Assembly (NCBI GenBank): GCA_965228735.1
Contig: OZ245838.1
Span: 4,832,001 to 4,896,000, forward strand
DNA: 64,000 bases
Direction of reading: 5' to 3'
Source: Planctomycetota bacterium
GTDB taxonomy: Bacteria; Planctomycetota; UBA1135; UBA2386
This document shows, piece by piece, positions 47,562 to 56,868 of the stretch; the first letter of the stretch is position 1; the number at the start of each line of letters is the position of its first letter. The notes under the pieces are model-generated. The model had not been told where the DNA came from, did not search any database, and saw only the letters and a program-made list of their open reading frames with translations. A program made the translations under genes and the position numbers.

Positions 47562-48382
47562 GGCGCATCCTGGGCGTGGCGGTTCTTCGCGAGCAGTGCG
47601 AGGAACGCGGGCGGGAAGCCGGCGCGTGCGCGGCGCTCGTGGTCGAGGTCGTGGCCGCGCATCATCTTCGGGCTCAACGGCGGCCGCAGCGTTGCGCTCC
47701 AGTGCTCGAAGCGCGGCTCGTCGTCGTCGCTCCACGTGCGAAACCAGTGCAGCGCGAAGCGCACGTGCGCGACCTCTTCGTCGCCGACGATGCGCTGCAG
47801 CTCAGCGCCCGCGTGGTCGCCGACCTCTTCGAACCAGGACTCGAAGCGGCGCGTGTGATCGAGATTACCGCCCTCGAGGCCCATGCCCATGAGCGCGACG
47901 AACTCCAGCGGCGTTTCGCACTCGGCGACGCGCTGCCAGAACCAGTCGCGCACCGGGAAGTCGGCGACGGCGTGGCCGAGCGCTTCGATGTGTTCGCGGT
48001 ACAGCTGCATGTGCCGGATCTCGTCGCGGCAGATCCCCAGCAGTCCCTGCCGGAACGCCCGCGGCGTGGCCGGGAACGCGAGGATCGCCCAGCACATGAG
48101 CTCCGCGGCCTGCATCTCGTGGTGCAAGAACGTGTGGAGCAGCTGCGCGCGGCGCCGCCCGTGTCGCATCTGACCGCGCGTGACCGATCGCGGGGTCCTG
48201 GTCACGAGGTCGAACTCCGGCGGCCGCCCCGGAGCGGACAGTCGGATCGCCGGGCCCGGGTCCGCGCGCCATTCGGTCGGCGGCGTCGGTGGAGCGAGCT
48301 TGTTCGCGAGTGACTCCGTTCGGACGTACGCCGCCGCCCACTCCTCGACCGTGCGTGCTGCGGTGAGTGGGGCGTCGGTCAT
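47558..48382 (-). CDS. Ferritin-like diiron protein, DUF455 family
   Basis: LHTFLHHEMQAAEL, DEIRH, LEGGNLD, DEEVAHVRFALHWF, RARAGF. Confidence 0.85.
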   Translation of the reverse strand: MTDAPLTAARTVEEWAAAYVRTESLANKLAPPTPPTEWRADPGPAIRLSAPGRPPEFDLVTRTPRSVTRGQMRHGRRRAQLLHTFLHHEMQAAELMCWAILAFPATPRAFRQGLLGICRDEIRHMQLYREHIEALGHAVADFPVRDWFWQRVAECETPLEFVALMGMGLEGGNLDHTRRFESWFEEVGDHAGAELQRIVGDEEVAHVRFALHWFRTWSDDDEPRFEHWSATLRPPLSPKMMRGHDLDHERRARAGFPPAFLALLAKNRHAQDAP

Positions 48383-48435
48383 GCGCTCGCGAATCGGCTG
48401 GCTGCGCGACAGTCGGGCCTTGGTCGGGCCATGCG

Positions 48436-49947
48436 TCAACGCACGCGGCGCACGGTCAGGACGGCCGAGCCCGCGTTGTTGTCGTAGCGTGACTCGAGGT
48501 CGTTGACGAACACGAACAGCTCGCCGATCTCCGCCGGCTCGAACGCGCTGGCCTCGTCGGTGTGCTGCAGGACGCGGAACGGCCGCCCCGCGCCGATCGA
48601 ACCGAGCAGCTCGAACCAGTTGGCGTCGGGCAGCCGGCGGTCGTCCTCCTTCCAGCGGATGAACCACTCGCGGACGCCGAGCTGCACCGTATCGCGGGTC
48701 CACCCGTCGGGGCCGCACTCGATCTGGGCATCCTGCCAGCGCTGCGTCATGTCGACGTCGAAGACGTAGGCCTGACCCGGCACGAGGAGCACCTTCGTGT
48801 GGTTCATCATCAGGTTCGAGTGGCAGCGCAGCGGCACGCTCTCGTTCACCGCCAGTTCGCGCAGCGGCACGGCGAACGAGTGCTCGCGCAACCCCGCGTA
48901 CTCCGCGGACTGCCCGTTCGGCCACTCGATCGCGTGACGCACGCCGCGCAGTGCCGCGGGGCGGTAGTCGCGCACCATCTGGATGCGTTCGCCGGCGGAC
49001 CAGTGCACCTGCGGGGTCTCGTTGGTCGGCGCATCGTTCTCGATGACCCGGACGTCGCGGTCGGCGAGGGTGATGCGCGACAGCAGCGGCGAACGGCGCT
49101 TGACGTGCGCGATCCCGGCCGCGTTCGGCTGGATCACGACATCGTCCGGGGCGATGCGGTAGTCGGCCCCGTCGGGTTCGAGATCGCCGTACGCGATCTC
49201 GTGATCCTGCAGCAGCTGCAGGCCGAGAGCGCGACGTTCGATCTCTTCGAGCATGAACTGCAGAGCGCAGTCCGACAGACCGTCCTGACGGAAGCCGCCG
49301 CCGACGTCGGCGTGCGCGCCGGGCAGCCAGACCTCGGTGATGCGGTCCTCGGCGTTCATCAGCGTCGGCATGAACGCCTTGCGGCGCTCGTCGATCGCGA
49401 CGAGGTGCAGGGCCTCCTTCACGGCCGGCGAAACGCGGCGATTCTCGAACACGACGTCGGACACGGGCTTCTCGTCCGAGTCGAGGTTGGGGCGGCCGAT
49501 GGATGCGACGGTGTCGAACGCGCCGAGGAAGTGGACGTCGAGGCCGTCGAACCGACTCTCCTTGCGCACGATCGCCGCGAACCGACGCGCGAGCGCGGCA
49601 CCCCGGCTGAAGCCGAAGACCGCGACCCGATCACCGTCCTCGTAGTGCTCGTTCACATCGGCGACGGCCGCGCGGAGGATCGTCGCGACGTCGCGGTGCT
49701 CGGGCGAGAACAGCGAGTTCACGATGCGCTTGAACTTGTTACCGTAGGTGCCGACGCCGGAGTAGTAGAACGATCGTTGGTCGGCGAACCGCTGGCCGTC
49801 GCGCAGGTCGCCGCCGAACAGCAGGTGCAGCTTGAGCACATTGGTGATGCTGCTGTCGTCCACGTCGCCCGAGAACTCGACGTCCTGCTCCGCGTCGCGC
49901 GGGTCGTTGCAGGTGCCGTCGAAACAGAAGATCAGGGTCTTGGCCAT
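48436..49947 (-). CDS. DUF2235 (Tle1-like) alpha/beta hydrolase with C-terminal beta-sandwich
   Basis: FCFDGT, TNVLKL, YYSGVGT, FGFSRGA, FDTVAS, AIDERR, PGAHADVGGG; AGGAGA RBS. Confidence 0.88.
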   Translation of the reverse strand: MAKTLIFCFDGTCNDPRDAEQDVEFSGDVDDSSITNVLKLHLLFGGDLRDGQRFADQRSFYYSGVGTYGNKFKRIVNSLFSPEHRDVATILRAAVADVNEHYEDGDRVAVFGFSRGAALARRFAAIVRKESRFDGLDVHFLGAFDTVASIGRPNLDSDEKPVSDVVFENRRVSPAVKEALHLVAIDERRKAFMPTLMNAEDRITEVWLPGAHADVGGGFRQDGLSDCALQFMLEEIERRALGLQLLQDHEIAYGDLEPDGADYRIAPDDVVIQPNAAGIAHVKRRSPLLSRITLADRDVRVIENDAPTNETPQVHWSAGERIQMVRDYRPAALRGVRHAIEWPNGQSAEYAGLREHSFAVPLRELAVNESVPLRCHSNLMMNHTKVLLVPGQAYVFDVDMTQRWQDAQIECGPDGWTRDTVQLGVREWFIRWKEDDRRLPDANWFELLGSIGAGRPFRVLQHTDEASAFEPAEIGELFVFVNDLESRYDNNAGSAVLTVRRVR

Positions 49948-50052
49948 TGGTCTCTCCTGCGGGAGGTATACGGTGGCCCGAGCCGGATTCCGCATCCGCG
50001 GTGGCGAGCCGGGCGAAATGATCCAGCGTCCGGCGCGATGCCGGCAGCGACC

Positions 50053-51573
50053 ATGACCCCGATCCCGACCGAAGCACCGCGCCGCGTCGCTGTAACTGGC
50101 GCAACCGGCTACATCGGGGGACGCCTCGTCGGCCGTCTCGTGGCGGCGGGCTACCGGGTGCGCTGTCTCGTGCGCAGCCCCAGGAAGCTCGACGGCCGGC
50201 CGTTCGCCGCCGACCCCGCGGTCGAGATCGTGGAGTGTGATCTCGAGGACTCGGCGGCCACTGCCGCGCATCTGCAGGACTGTGAGGCGGCCTACTTCCT
50301 CGTTCACTCGATGCTCACGGCCGGCCGGGAGTACGCGGACACCGACCGTCGGCTCGCCCGCAACTTCGCGGCGGCCGCAGCGCGTTCGAGCGTGCGCCGG
50401 ATCGTCTACCTCGGTGGTCTCGGTGAGACGGGCGACGGTCTCAGCGAGCACCTCGCGTCGCGGCGCGAGGTCGAGCACGAGCTCGCGGCCGGTCCCGTGC
50501 CGGTCACCGTGCTGCGGGCCGCGATGATCATCGGCGCGGGATCGGCGTCGTTCGAGATCCTGCGTTATCTCGTCGAGCGCCTGCCGTTCATGATCACGCC
50601 GCGTTGGGTCCAGACGCGTTGCCAGCCGATCGGCATCGATGATGTGTTGCACTACCTCGTGGAGGTGCTCCGCGTTCCCGAGACGGCGGGCCGCACGCTC
50701 GACATCGGCGGCGCCGACGTCATGACCTACGCGCAGATCATCCAGGTCATGGCGGAGGAGCGCGGTCTGCCGCGGCGACGAATCCTCGCCGTGCCCGTGC
50801 TGACACCCCGGCTGAGCTCGTTCTGGATCCATCTCGTCACGCCGATCAGCAGCCGCATCGCGCGACCGCTCGCCGAGGGGCTCCGGAACGAGGTCGTGTG
50901 CCGCGACGATCGGGCGAAGGTCCTCATGCCGACGGCGCGCAGCACGGTGCGCGAAGCCATCCAGAAGGCGCTCGGTGATCACGAGGCCGAGGACGTCGAG
51001 ACGCGTTGGTCCGACGCCGGGGTCATGCCGGGAGATCCCGACTGGGCCGGCGGCAAGGTCTTCGAGGATCCGCGTGAGATCACGATCGAGGCCTCGCCGG
51101 AAGCCGTGTTCCGCGCGGTGTGCCGCGTCGGCGGCGGTCATGGCTGGTACGCCGCGGACTGGCTGTGGCAGTTGCGCGGTTGGATGGACCGTCTGATCGG
51201 CGGACCCGGACTGCGCCGCGGTCGGCGGCATTCGGATCAGGTCGGCTACGGCGAAGCCCTCGACTTCTGGCGGGTGACGGAGGCGACGCCGCATCGCCGG
51301 CTCGAGCTCTACGCGGAGATGAAGCTGCCGGGTGTCGCGACGCTGTCGTTCGAGATCGAGCCCGTTGGCGAGTCGCAGGACGAACGCACCCGGACCCTGC
51401 TGCGCCAGACCGCGCGCTTCCGGCCGAAGGGCCTCTTCGGCCTGCTCTACTGGTATGCGGTCCTGCCGCTGCACGGCATCGTGTTTCGCGGCATGCAGCG
51501 CGGCATCGCACGGGCCGCGCGCAAGCTCGAACGCGCCAGCGAGCCGCGGGCCGGTGGCGCACAGCAAGCCTGA
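50053..51573 (+). CDS. YbjT-like SDR/NAD(P)-binding protein with DUF2867 C-terminus
   Basis: TGATGYIGG, YFLVHSM, SEHLASR, GSASFE, LDFWRV, AEMKLPG. Confidence 0.9.
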   Translation: MTPIPTEAPRRVAVTGATGYIGGRLVGRLVAAGYRVRCLVRSPRKLDGRPFAADPAVEIVECDLEDSAATAAHLQDCEAAYFLVHSMLTAGREYADTDRRLARNFAAAAARSSVRRIVYLGGLGETGDGLSEHLASRREVEHELAAGPVPVTVLRAAMIIGAGSASFEILRYLVERLPFMITPRWVQTRCQPIGIDDVLHYLVEVLRVPETAGRTLDIGGADVMTYAQIIQVMAEERGLPRRRILAVPVLTPRLSSFWIHLVTPISSRIARPLAEGLRNEVVCRDDRAKVLMPTARSTVREAIQKALGDHEAEDVETRWSDAGVMPGDPDWAGGKVFEDPREITIEASPEAVFRAVCRVGGGHGWYAADWLWQLRGWMDRLIGGPGLRRGRRHSDQVGYGEALDFWRVTEATPHRRLELYAEMKLPGVATLSFEIEPVGESQDERTRTLLRQTARFRPKGLFGLLYWYAVLPLHGIVFRGMQRGIARAARKLERASEPRAGGAQQA

Positions 51574-51629
51574 TCGCGGGGCGGCGCGCTCGGAATTCCG
51601 CGCGGGGCGTCGTAGCTTCTAGTGCACAC

Positions 51630-52991
51630 ATGACCGACACGATCCGCATCGGCTACGGCCAGGGGTTCTGGGGCGACTCGATCCTCGGCCCGGTCCGCCT
51701 CGTTCGCGAAGGCCCGCTCGACTACCTGGCGCTCGACTACCTCGCCGAGGTGACGATGAGCATCATGCAGAAGCTCCGCGGCCGGAACCCGCAGGCCGGC
51801 TATGCGACGGACTTCGTCAAGACGCTCGAGCGCACCCTGCCGACGATCCACGAGAAGGGCATCAAGGTCATCGCGAACGCCGGCGGCGTGAACCCGGAAG
51901 CGTGCCTCGCCGCGGTGCTCGAGCTCGCCCGCAGTCAGGGCATCCAGGGTCTCAAGGTCGGCATCATCGAGGGTGACGACATCCTCGCGCGCGTGCCCGA
52001 GCTCGTCTCTGGCGGTCACGCGATGAAGAACATGGACGACGGCCGGCCGCTGTCGGACATCCAGGACAAGCTGCTGAGCGCCAACGCCTACATCGGTGCG
52101 TTCGCCGTCGCGGAGTGCCTCGCGCAGGGCGCGCAGATCGTCATCGGCGGGCGGCTGACCGACCCGGCGCTCGTCACGGGGCCGATGGTGCACGAGTTCG
52201 GCTGGTCGCCCGAGGACTACGACCGGCTCGCGGCTGGCACGGTGGCCGGTCACATCGCCGAGTGCGGCGCGCAGTGCACGGGCGGCAACTTCACCGACTG
52301 GCGCGCGGTGGCAGACTTCGTGCGCATCGGCTACCCGGTGATCGAGGCCCACAGGAGCGGCGACTTCGTCGTCACCAAGCACGACGGCACGGGCGGCCTG
52401 CTCAACAAGAAGACCGTCGTCTCGCAGCTGCTCTACGAGATGGGGGACCCGCGCCACTACCTCGGCCCGGACTGCGTGGCGGACTTCACGTCGGCGACGA
52501 TCACCGAGGACGGCCCCGATCGCGTCAAGCTGACCGGCATCAAGGGCGGACCGCCGACCGACAGCTACAAGGTCTCGTTGAGCTACAAGAACGGCTACAA
52601 GGCGACCGGTCAGCTGACCGTCGCCGGGCCCGACGCGCTTGCGAAGGCGAAGCTCTGCGCCGACATCGTGTTCGGCCGACTCGAGCTGGATGGCTGCAAG
52701 TTCGAGGAGTCGGAGAAGGTCGTCGAGTTCGTCGGTTCGGGCGTCTGCCATGAAGGCATTCTTCAATCCGAGGATCCGCCGGAGGTCGTGCTGCGCGTCG
52801 GGGTGAAGTGCCCGGACAAGGACCGCGTGGATCGCTTCGGCATGGAGCTCGTGCCGCTCGTCACGAGCGGGCCGCCGGGTGTCACGGGGTTTGCCGGCGG
52901 GCGGCCCAAGGCGACGGAGATCGTCGGCTACTGGCCGGCGCTGCTCGACAAGACGCAGGTGCAGGCCACGGTCCGCGTGGAGGTGTCGTGA
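51630..52991 (+). CDS. Acyclic terpene utilization AtuA family protein (DUF1446)
   Basis: GFWGD, DYLAEVTM, NAGGVNP, SANAYIG, GHIAECGAQCTGGNF, QLLYE. Confidence 0.92.
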   Translation: MTDTIRIGYGQGFWGDSILGPVRLVREGPLDYLALDYLAEVTMSIMQKLRGRNPQAGYATDFVKTLERTLPTIHEKGIKVIANAGGVNPEACLAAVLELARSQGIQGLKVGIIEGDDILARVPELVSGGHAMKNMDDGRPLSDIQDKLLSANAYIGAFAVAECLAQGAQIVIGGRLTDPALVTGPMVHEFGWSPEDYDRLAAGTVAGHIAECGAQCTGGNFTDWRAVADFVRIGYPVIEAHRSGDFVVTKHDGTGGLLNKKTVVSQLLYEMGDPRHYLGPDCVADFTSATITEDGPDRVKLTGIKGGPPTDSYKVSLSYKNGYKATGQLTVAGPDALAKAKLCADIVFGRLELDGCKFEESEKVVEFVGSGVCHEGILQSEDPPEVVLRVGVKCPDKDRVDRFGMELVPLVTSGPPGVTGFAGGRPKATEIVGYWPALLDKTQVQATVRVEVS

Positions 52992-53305
52992 TGGCGAAGG
53001 TCAAGCTCGGTGAGTTCGCGTATGCGCGCAGCGGCGACAAGGGTGACGGCAGCAATGTTGGCATCTTCGTCACCAACGAGGCGGACTACGCGCTGATCAA
53101 GGAGCAGGTCACGGCCGAGCGCGTGAAGGCGCACTTTGGCGCGATCTGCAAGGGCGAGGTGACGCGCTACGAGGCCGACAACATGCTCGCGCTCAACTTC
53201 ATCCTGCGCGATTCGCTCGGCGGCGGCGGCAGCGAGAGCCTCAAGACCGACGCGCAGGGCAAGGTGCACGGTCTCGGTCTGCTGCAGCTCGAGGTCGAAC
53301 GCTAA
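52991..53305 (+). CDS. AtuA-related small protein (split C-terminal domain)
   Basis: TGATG overlap; ARSGDKGD...ALNFIL...LGGGG...DAQGK. Confidence 0.88.
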   Translation: MAKVKLGEFAYARSGDKGDGSNVGIFVTNEADYALIKEQVTAERVKAHFGAICKGEVTRYEADNMLALNFILRDSLGGGGSESLKTDAQGKVHGLGLLQLEVER

Positions 53306-53316
53306 GCGTCTGCGCG

Positions 53317-54252
53317 ATGACCGGAAGCGAACCCACGCCGGCAGTCATCGCCGCGCTGCGACAGCGAGCTGCGGCCCGGCGCCCGCGTATCGTGTTGCCG
53401 GAGACCGGGGATCCGCGCACGGTCGAGGCGCGGACTCTGCTCGAACGTGACGGACTCTGCGAAGTCGTCTGGGTCGAAGACCCGGCCGGAGACCCGCGGC
53501 TCGGCCGCGTCGCGGAGCTCCTCGTCGAACGGCGCGGGCACAAGGGTCTGACAGCGGCGGACGCGCGCGGGTTGGCTGCGCAACCCGCGATGTTCGGTGC
53601 GGGCCTGATCGCGCTCGGCGAAGCCGACGCGGGTGTCGCGGGTGCGGTGCACAGCACGCCGGACGTGATTCGCGCCGGGTTGTTCTGTCTCGGCACGGCA
53701 CCGGACGTGCCGCTCGTGTCGTCGTTCTTCCTCATGGTGCGCGGCGACGAGGTCCTGTCGTTCGCCGACTGCGGTGTGCTGCCCGATCCGAGCGCGGACG
53801 AGCTCGTGCACGTGGCGTTCGCCACGGCGCGGAACCATCGGCGACTGACGGGCGTCGAGCCCCGCATCGCGTTCCTGTCCTTCTCGACCAAGGGCAGCGC
53901 GAGTCACGAGAAGGTCGACAAGATGCGCACGGCGACCGAGCGCTTCGCTGCGGTGCACCCCGATTTTCTCTGCGACGGTGAGCTGCAGTTCGACGCCGCG
54001 TGCGTGCCCGAGGTGGCGGCGCGCAAGGCCGCGGACAGCCCGCTGCAGGGCCGGGCCAATGTCCTCGTCTTCCCCGACCTCGACGCCGGCAATCTGGCCT
54101 ACAAGATCACCCAGCGGCTCGGCGGGTTCGACGCCTACGGCCCGCTGCTGCAGGGGTTGCGGGCGCCGTGGCTCGACCTGTCGCGCGGCTGTACGGCGGC
54201 CGACATCGCCGGCGTGGCGGTGATCGCGGCCGCGATGCTCGAGCCGACCTGA
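53317..54252 (+). CDS. pta: Phosphate acetyl/butyryltransferase
   Basis: RIVLPE, VSSFFLM, FADC, LSFSTKGS, DGELQFDAA, FPDLDAGN, DLSRGC. Confidence 0.92.
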   Translation: MTGSEPTPAVIAALRQRAAARRPRIVLPETGDPRTVEARTLLERDGLCEVVWVEDPAGDPRLGRVAELLVERRGHKGLTAADARGLAAQPAMFGAGLIALGEADAGVAGAVHSTPDVIRAGLFCLGTAPDVPLVSSFFLMVRGDEVLSFADCGVLPDPSADELVHVAFATARNHRRLTGVEPRIAFLSFSTKGSASHEKVDKMRTATERFAAVHPDFLCDGELQFDAACVPEVAARKAADSPLQGRANVLVFPDLDAGNLAYKITQRLGGFDAYGPLLQGLRAPWLDLSRGCTAADIAGVAVIAAAMLEPT

Positions 54253-54399
54253 CCGCCAGGGCTCGGGAGCAGCGGGCCCCAGTTCGACAGTCGCACCCCA
54301 CCAGAACGGGCGCAGCCGTCGGAAACCGCCCCAGGCAGTTTGACAGTCACGGAACGCGACCGGGAGAATCGCGCTACGAAGGATCCCGGAATCCCCGCC

Positions 54400-55446
54400 A
54401 TGAATCGACTCGCCGCCCTGATCTCGTTCTGTCTCCTGCTCCTGTTGCCGAGCTGTCTCGAGTTCGACGCGCAGGAGATCACGATGCGCTACGACGCCGA
54501 GGCCGATCGGATCGACTTCCTCGTCGTCTATCGCGGCATCTTCTACGAGGGCGGCAGTGCGAAGCCCGACCTGAAGTCGGCCCTCGAGGAGTACGACACG
54601 GTCATGCAGAAGGGGCAGGCGTTCGTCTGGAACAACTGGCCGCTCAAGATCGACGCGGTCGATCCGCCGAAGACGACCGCCGCGCTCGCGGCGCACGTGT
54701 CCGTCGAGAACGGCAAGCTGTTCGAGGGCCCGACCGGTCGGCTCGACGGTTACCAGTTCGTTCGCATTCACGACGCGACCAAGTTCCTCCAGAAGGTCAA
54801 CCTCCTGCTCGAACTCGGCGTCCAGAGCGCGCTGATGACGGGCTTCGGCGGGCACACGTTCGACCGAGACAGCAAGGAGTTGGTGCGCGAGTTCTTGCGC
54901 GACCGCGAGAAGATGCTGCAGATCGAGGCCGGGCGCATCGTGCTGCGGCTGCCGCTGAGCAAGGCCGACTTCAAGGCGGTGCTCGGCAAGCTCGAGGATC
55001 ACTTCGTCAACAACATGCAGGGCGAGATCGTCCGCCATGAGCTCGTCACGCAGCGGCGCGCGGCCGACCCGACGGACGTCGCCAACACGAACGGCGGTGA
55101 CGTGGCGATCGACGGTGAGCGGTTGACGACCGCTATTCCGCAGTCGCCGACGTTCCGGTTCTTCTGGGACAACGAGATCGCGATCATCCGCGGCCAGGAA
55201 CTGCAGACCGTGGCCCTCGGGACGCCGGACAACAAGGAGCTGACGGTGATCAAGACGAGCAACGGCTACTACAGCGACAACTTCAAGAAGGCGATCACGG
55301 AGCGCGGCGACGACATCGAGGTCGGCGTGCCGGATCAGGAGATCCGCCGGCGGTTCGACGACTTCCTCACGCGCGACCCGGTGCTGCCGGTCGAGCTCGC
55401 GAAGAAGCGCAAGGTCGCCGAGGCCGGGCTCGACAAGGACCGGTAG
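54400..55446 (+). CDS. Hypothetical lipoprotein
   Basis: MNRLAALISFCLLLLLPSC signal/lipobox; strong GC3 bias. Confidence 0.7.
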   Translation: MNRLAALISFCLLLLLPSCLEFDAQEITMRYDAEADRIDFLVVYRGIFYEGGSAKPDLKSALEEYDTVMQKGQAFVWNNWPLKIDAVDPPKTTAALAAHVSVENGKLFEGPTGRLDGYQFVRIHDATKFLQKVNLLLELGVQSALMTGFGGHTFDRDSKELVREFLRDREKMLQIEAGRIVLRLPLSKADFKAVLGKLEDHFVNNMQGEIVRHELVTQRRAADPTDVANTNGGDVAIDGERLTTAIPQSPTFRFFWDNEIAIIRGQELQTVALGTPDNKELTVIKTSNGYYSDNFKKAITERGDDIEVGVPDQEIRRRFDDFLTRDPVLPVELAKKRKVAEAGLDKDR

Positions 55447-55468
55447 CGCCCGCCCCGATCAGGTCAGC

Positions 55469-55660
55469 TCAGCTCGCGTCGTCGGGCTCCGTGCCGCCGT
55501 TCTTGGCGATGCGTTTCGCCTCGCGCATCATCAGGAACCACATCCTGACCGCCGGATGCAGCGCGAGGTGGATCAGGTCGGAGACGATCTCGTGCTGCAC
55601 CGTGGCGACTGGCCCGATGTTGGACTCGACGTGCGCCGTGATCGCCTCGAGGTGGCTCAC
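55469..55660 (-). pseudogene. Short remnant resembling the N-terminus of SUFU-like immunity proteins
   Basis: EAITAHVESNIGPVATVQHEIVSDLIH then an abrupt change of character and stop. Confidence 0.35.
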
Positions 55661-55725
55661 GCCGCGCGATGACTCGAACCCGCGCTTGCGCGGTTGATGT
55701 CGGATCTCGTCGCCCCTCTCGGCTA

Positions 55726-56763
55726 TCACGTGCCCGACGATCCGACCGGCCGCAGGCGCAGCTGGCCGCACGCCGCGTTGGCGTCCGCGCCCGACGAGTC
55801 GCGGATCGTCGCGAGCAGATCGCGCTGTTTGACGCGGCGCACGATCTCGACGATGCGGTCGCGTGGCGGCGCAACGAACGACAACCCCTCGACCCGGTTG
55901 TAGACGATGAAGTTCACGTGCCCGCGCACGCCGGCGAGCAGGTCGCACAGCGCGTCGATGTCGGCGTCGCCGTCGTTGATGCCGCGCAGCAGCGTGTATT
56001 CGAACTGCACTGGCGCCCGGATCGCGCGGCCGTACTGGTCGGCCGCGGCCACGATGTCGCGGATCGGCTCGCGGTGCGCGTTCGGCATCAGCTCACGGCG
56101 GCGCTCGTCATCGGCGAGGTGCAGGGACACCGCGAGGCATGGACGCTCTGGCGCCGCGGCCATGCGCGCGATGGCCTTCGTCGAACCGACGGTCGACACG
56201 GTCTGGCGCCGTGGCGAGATCCGCGCCTCGTGCTTGATGCGTCGCACGGCCTCGAGCACGGCGTCGAGGTTGTGGCTCGGTTCGCCCATGCCCATGAACA
56301 CGACGCGGTCGATTGCCATCGCCTGGCGCGCGTGTACGACCTGTTCGAGGATCTCGTCGGCGGTGAGGTTGCGCTCGACGCCGAACAATCCCGATGCGCA
56401 GAAGCGGCACCCGACCGCGCAGCCGACCTGCGTCGACACGCACACCGTGCCGGCGGGTATGGCGACCGTCTCGACGAAGCGGCCGTCGGCGAGGCCGACG
56501 CGGAGCTTGACCGTGCCGTCCGAGGCCGGGTGGCGTTCGAGCACTCGGGTCGCGAGCCCGTTGGCGAGCCAGTCCGCGATGGCCGCGACTTCGCGATCGC
56601 TCAGGGTCAGCCCGGCGCGGTGGAACTCCGCCGCGCTCGGCTCCCGGCCGGTCAGCACGAGCCGCCAGGCGAGCCGGGCCTTCGGCGCGGAGAGCGGACC
56701 GGCGATCGCGGCCAGAACTTGGGCCGGGCCGGTGGCGATGGCGGGAGCGGCGAGCGGGTCCAC
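55726..56763 (-). CDS. RlmN/Cfr family radical SAM RNA methyltransferase paralog
   Basis: CVSTQVGCAVGCRFCAS, MGMGEP, STVG, VSLH, GIND, AACGQL. Confidence 0.88.
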   Translation of the reverse strand: MDPLAAPAIATGPAQVLAAIAGPLSAPKARLAWRLVLTGREPSAAEFHRAGLTLSDREVAAIADWLANGLATRVLERHPASDGTVKLRVGLADGRFVETVAIPAGTVCVSTQVGCAVGCRFCASGLFGVERNLTADEILEQVVHARQAMAIDRVVFMGMGEPSHNLDAVLEAVRRIKHEARISPRRQTVSTVGSTKAIARMAAAPERPCLAVSLHLADDERRRELMPNAHREPIRDIVAAADQYGRAIRAPVQFEYTLLRGINDGDADIDALCDLLAGVRGHVNFIVYNRVEGLSFVAPPRDRIVEIVRRVKQRDLLATIRDSSGADANAACGQLRLRPVGSSGT

Positions 56764-56868
56764 GGGCCGCGCATCTTACCGACCCAGGTGGCTGTCCTGT
56801 CTCGAATTGGGGCGGGCAGAGTCCCGGCCTCAGCCTCGTGGCGGGCGACGGTCGATGGGGGGCGCATC

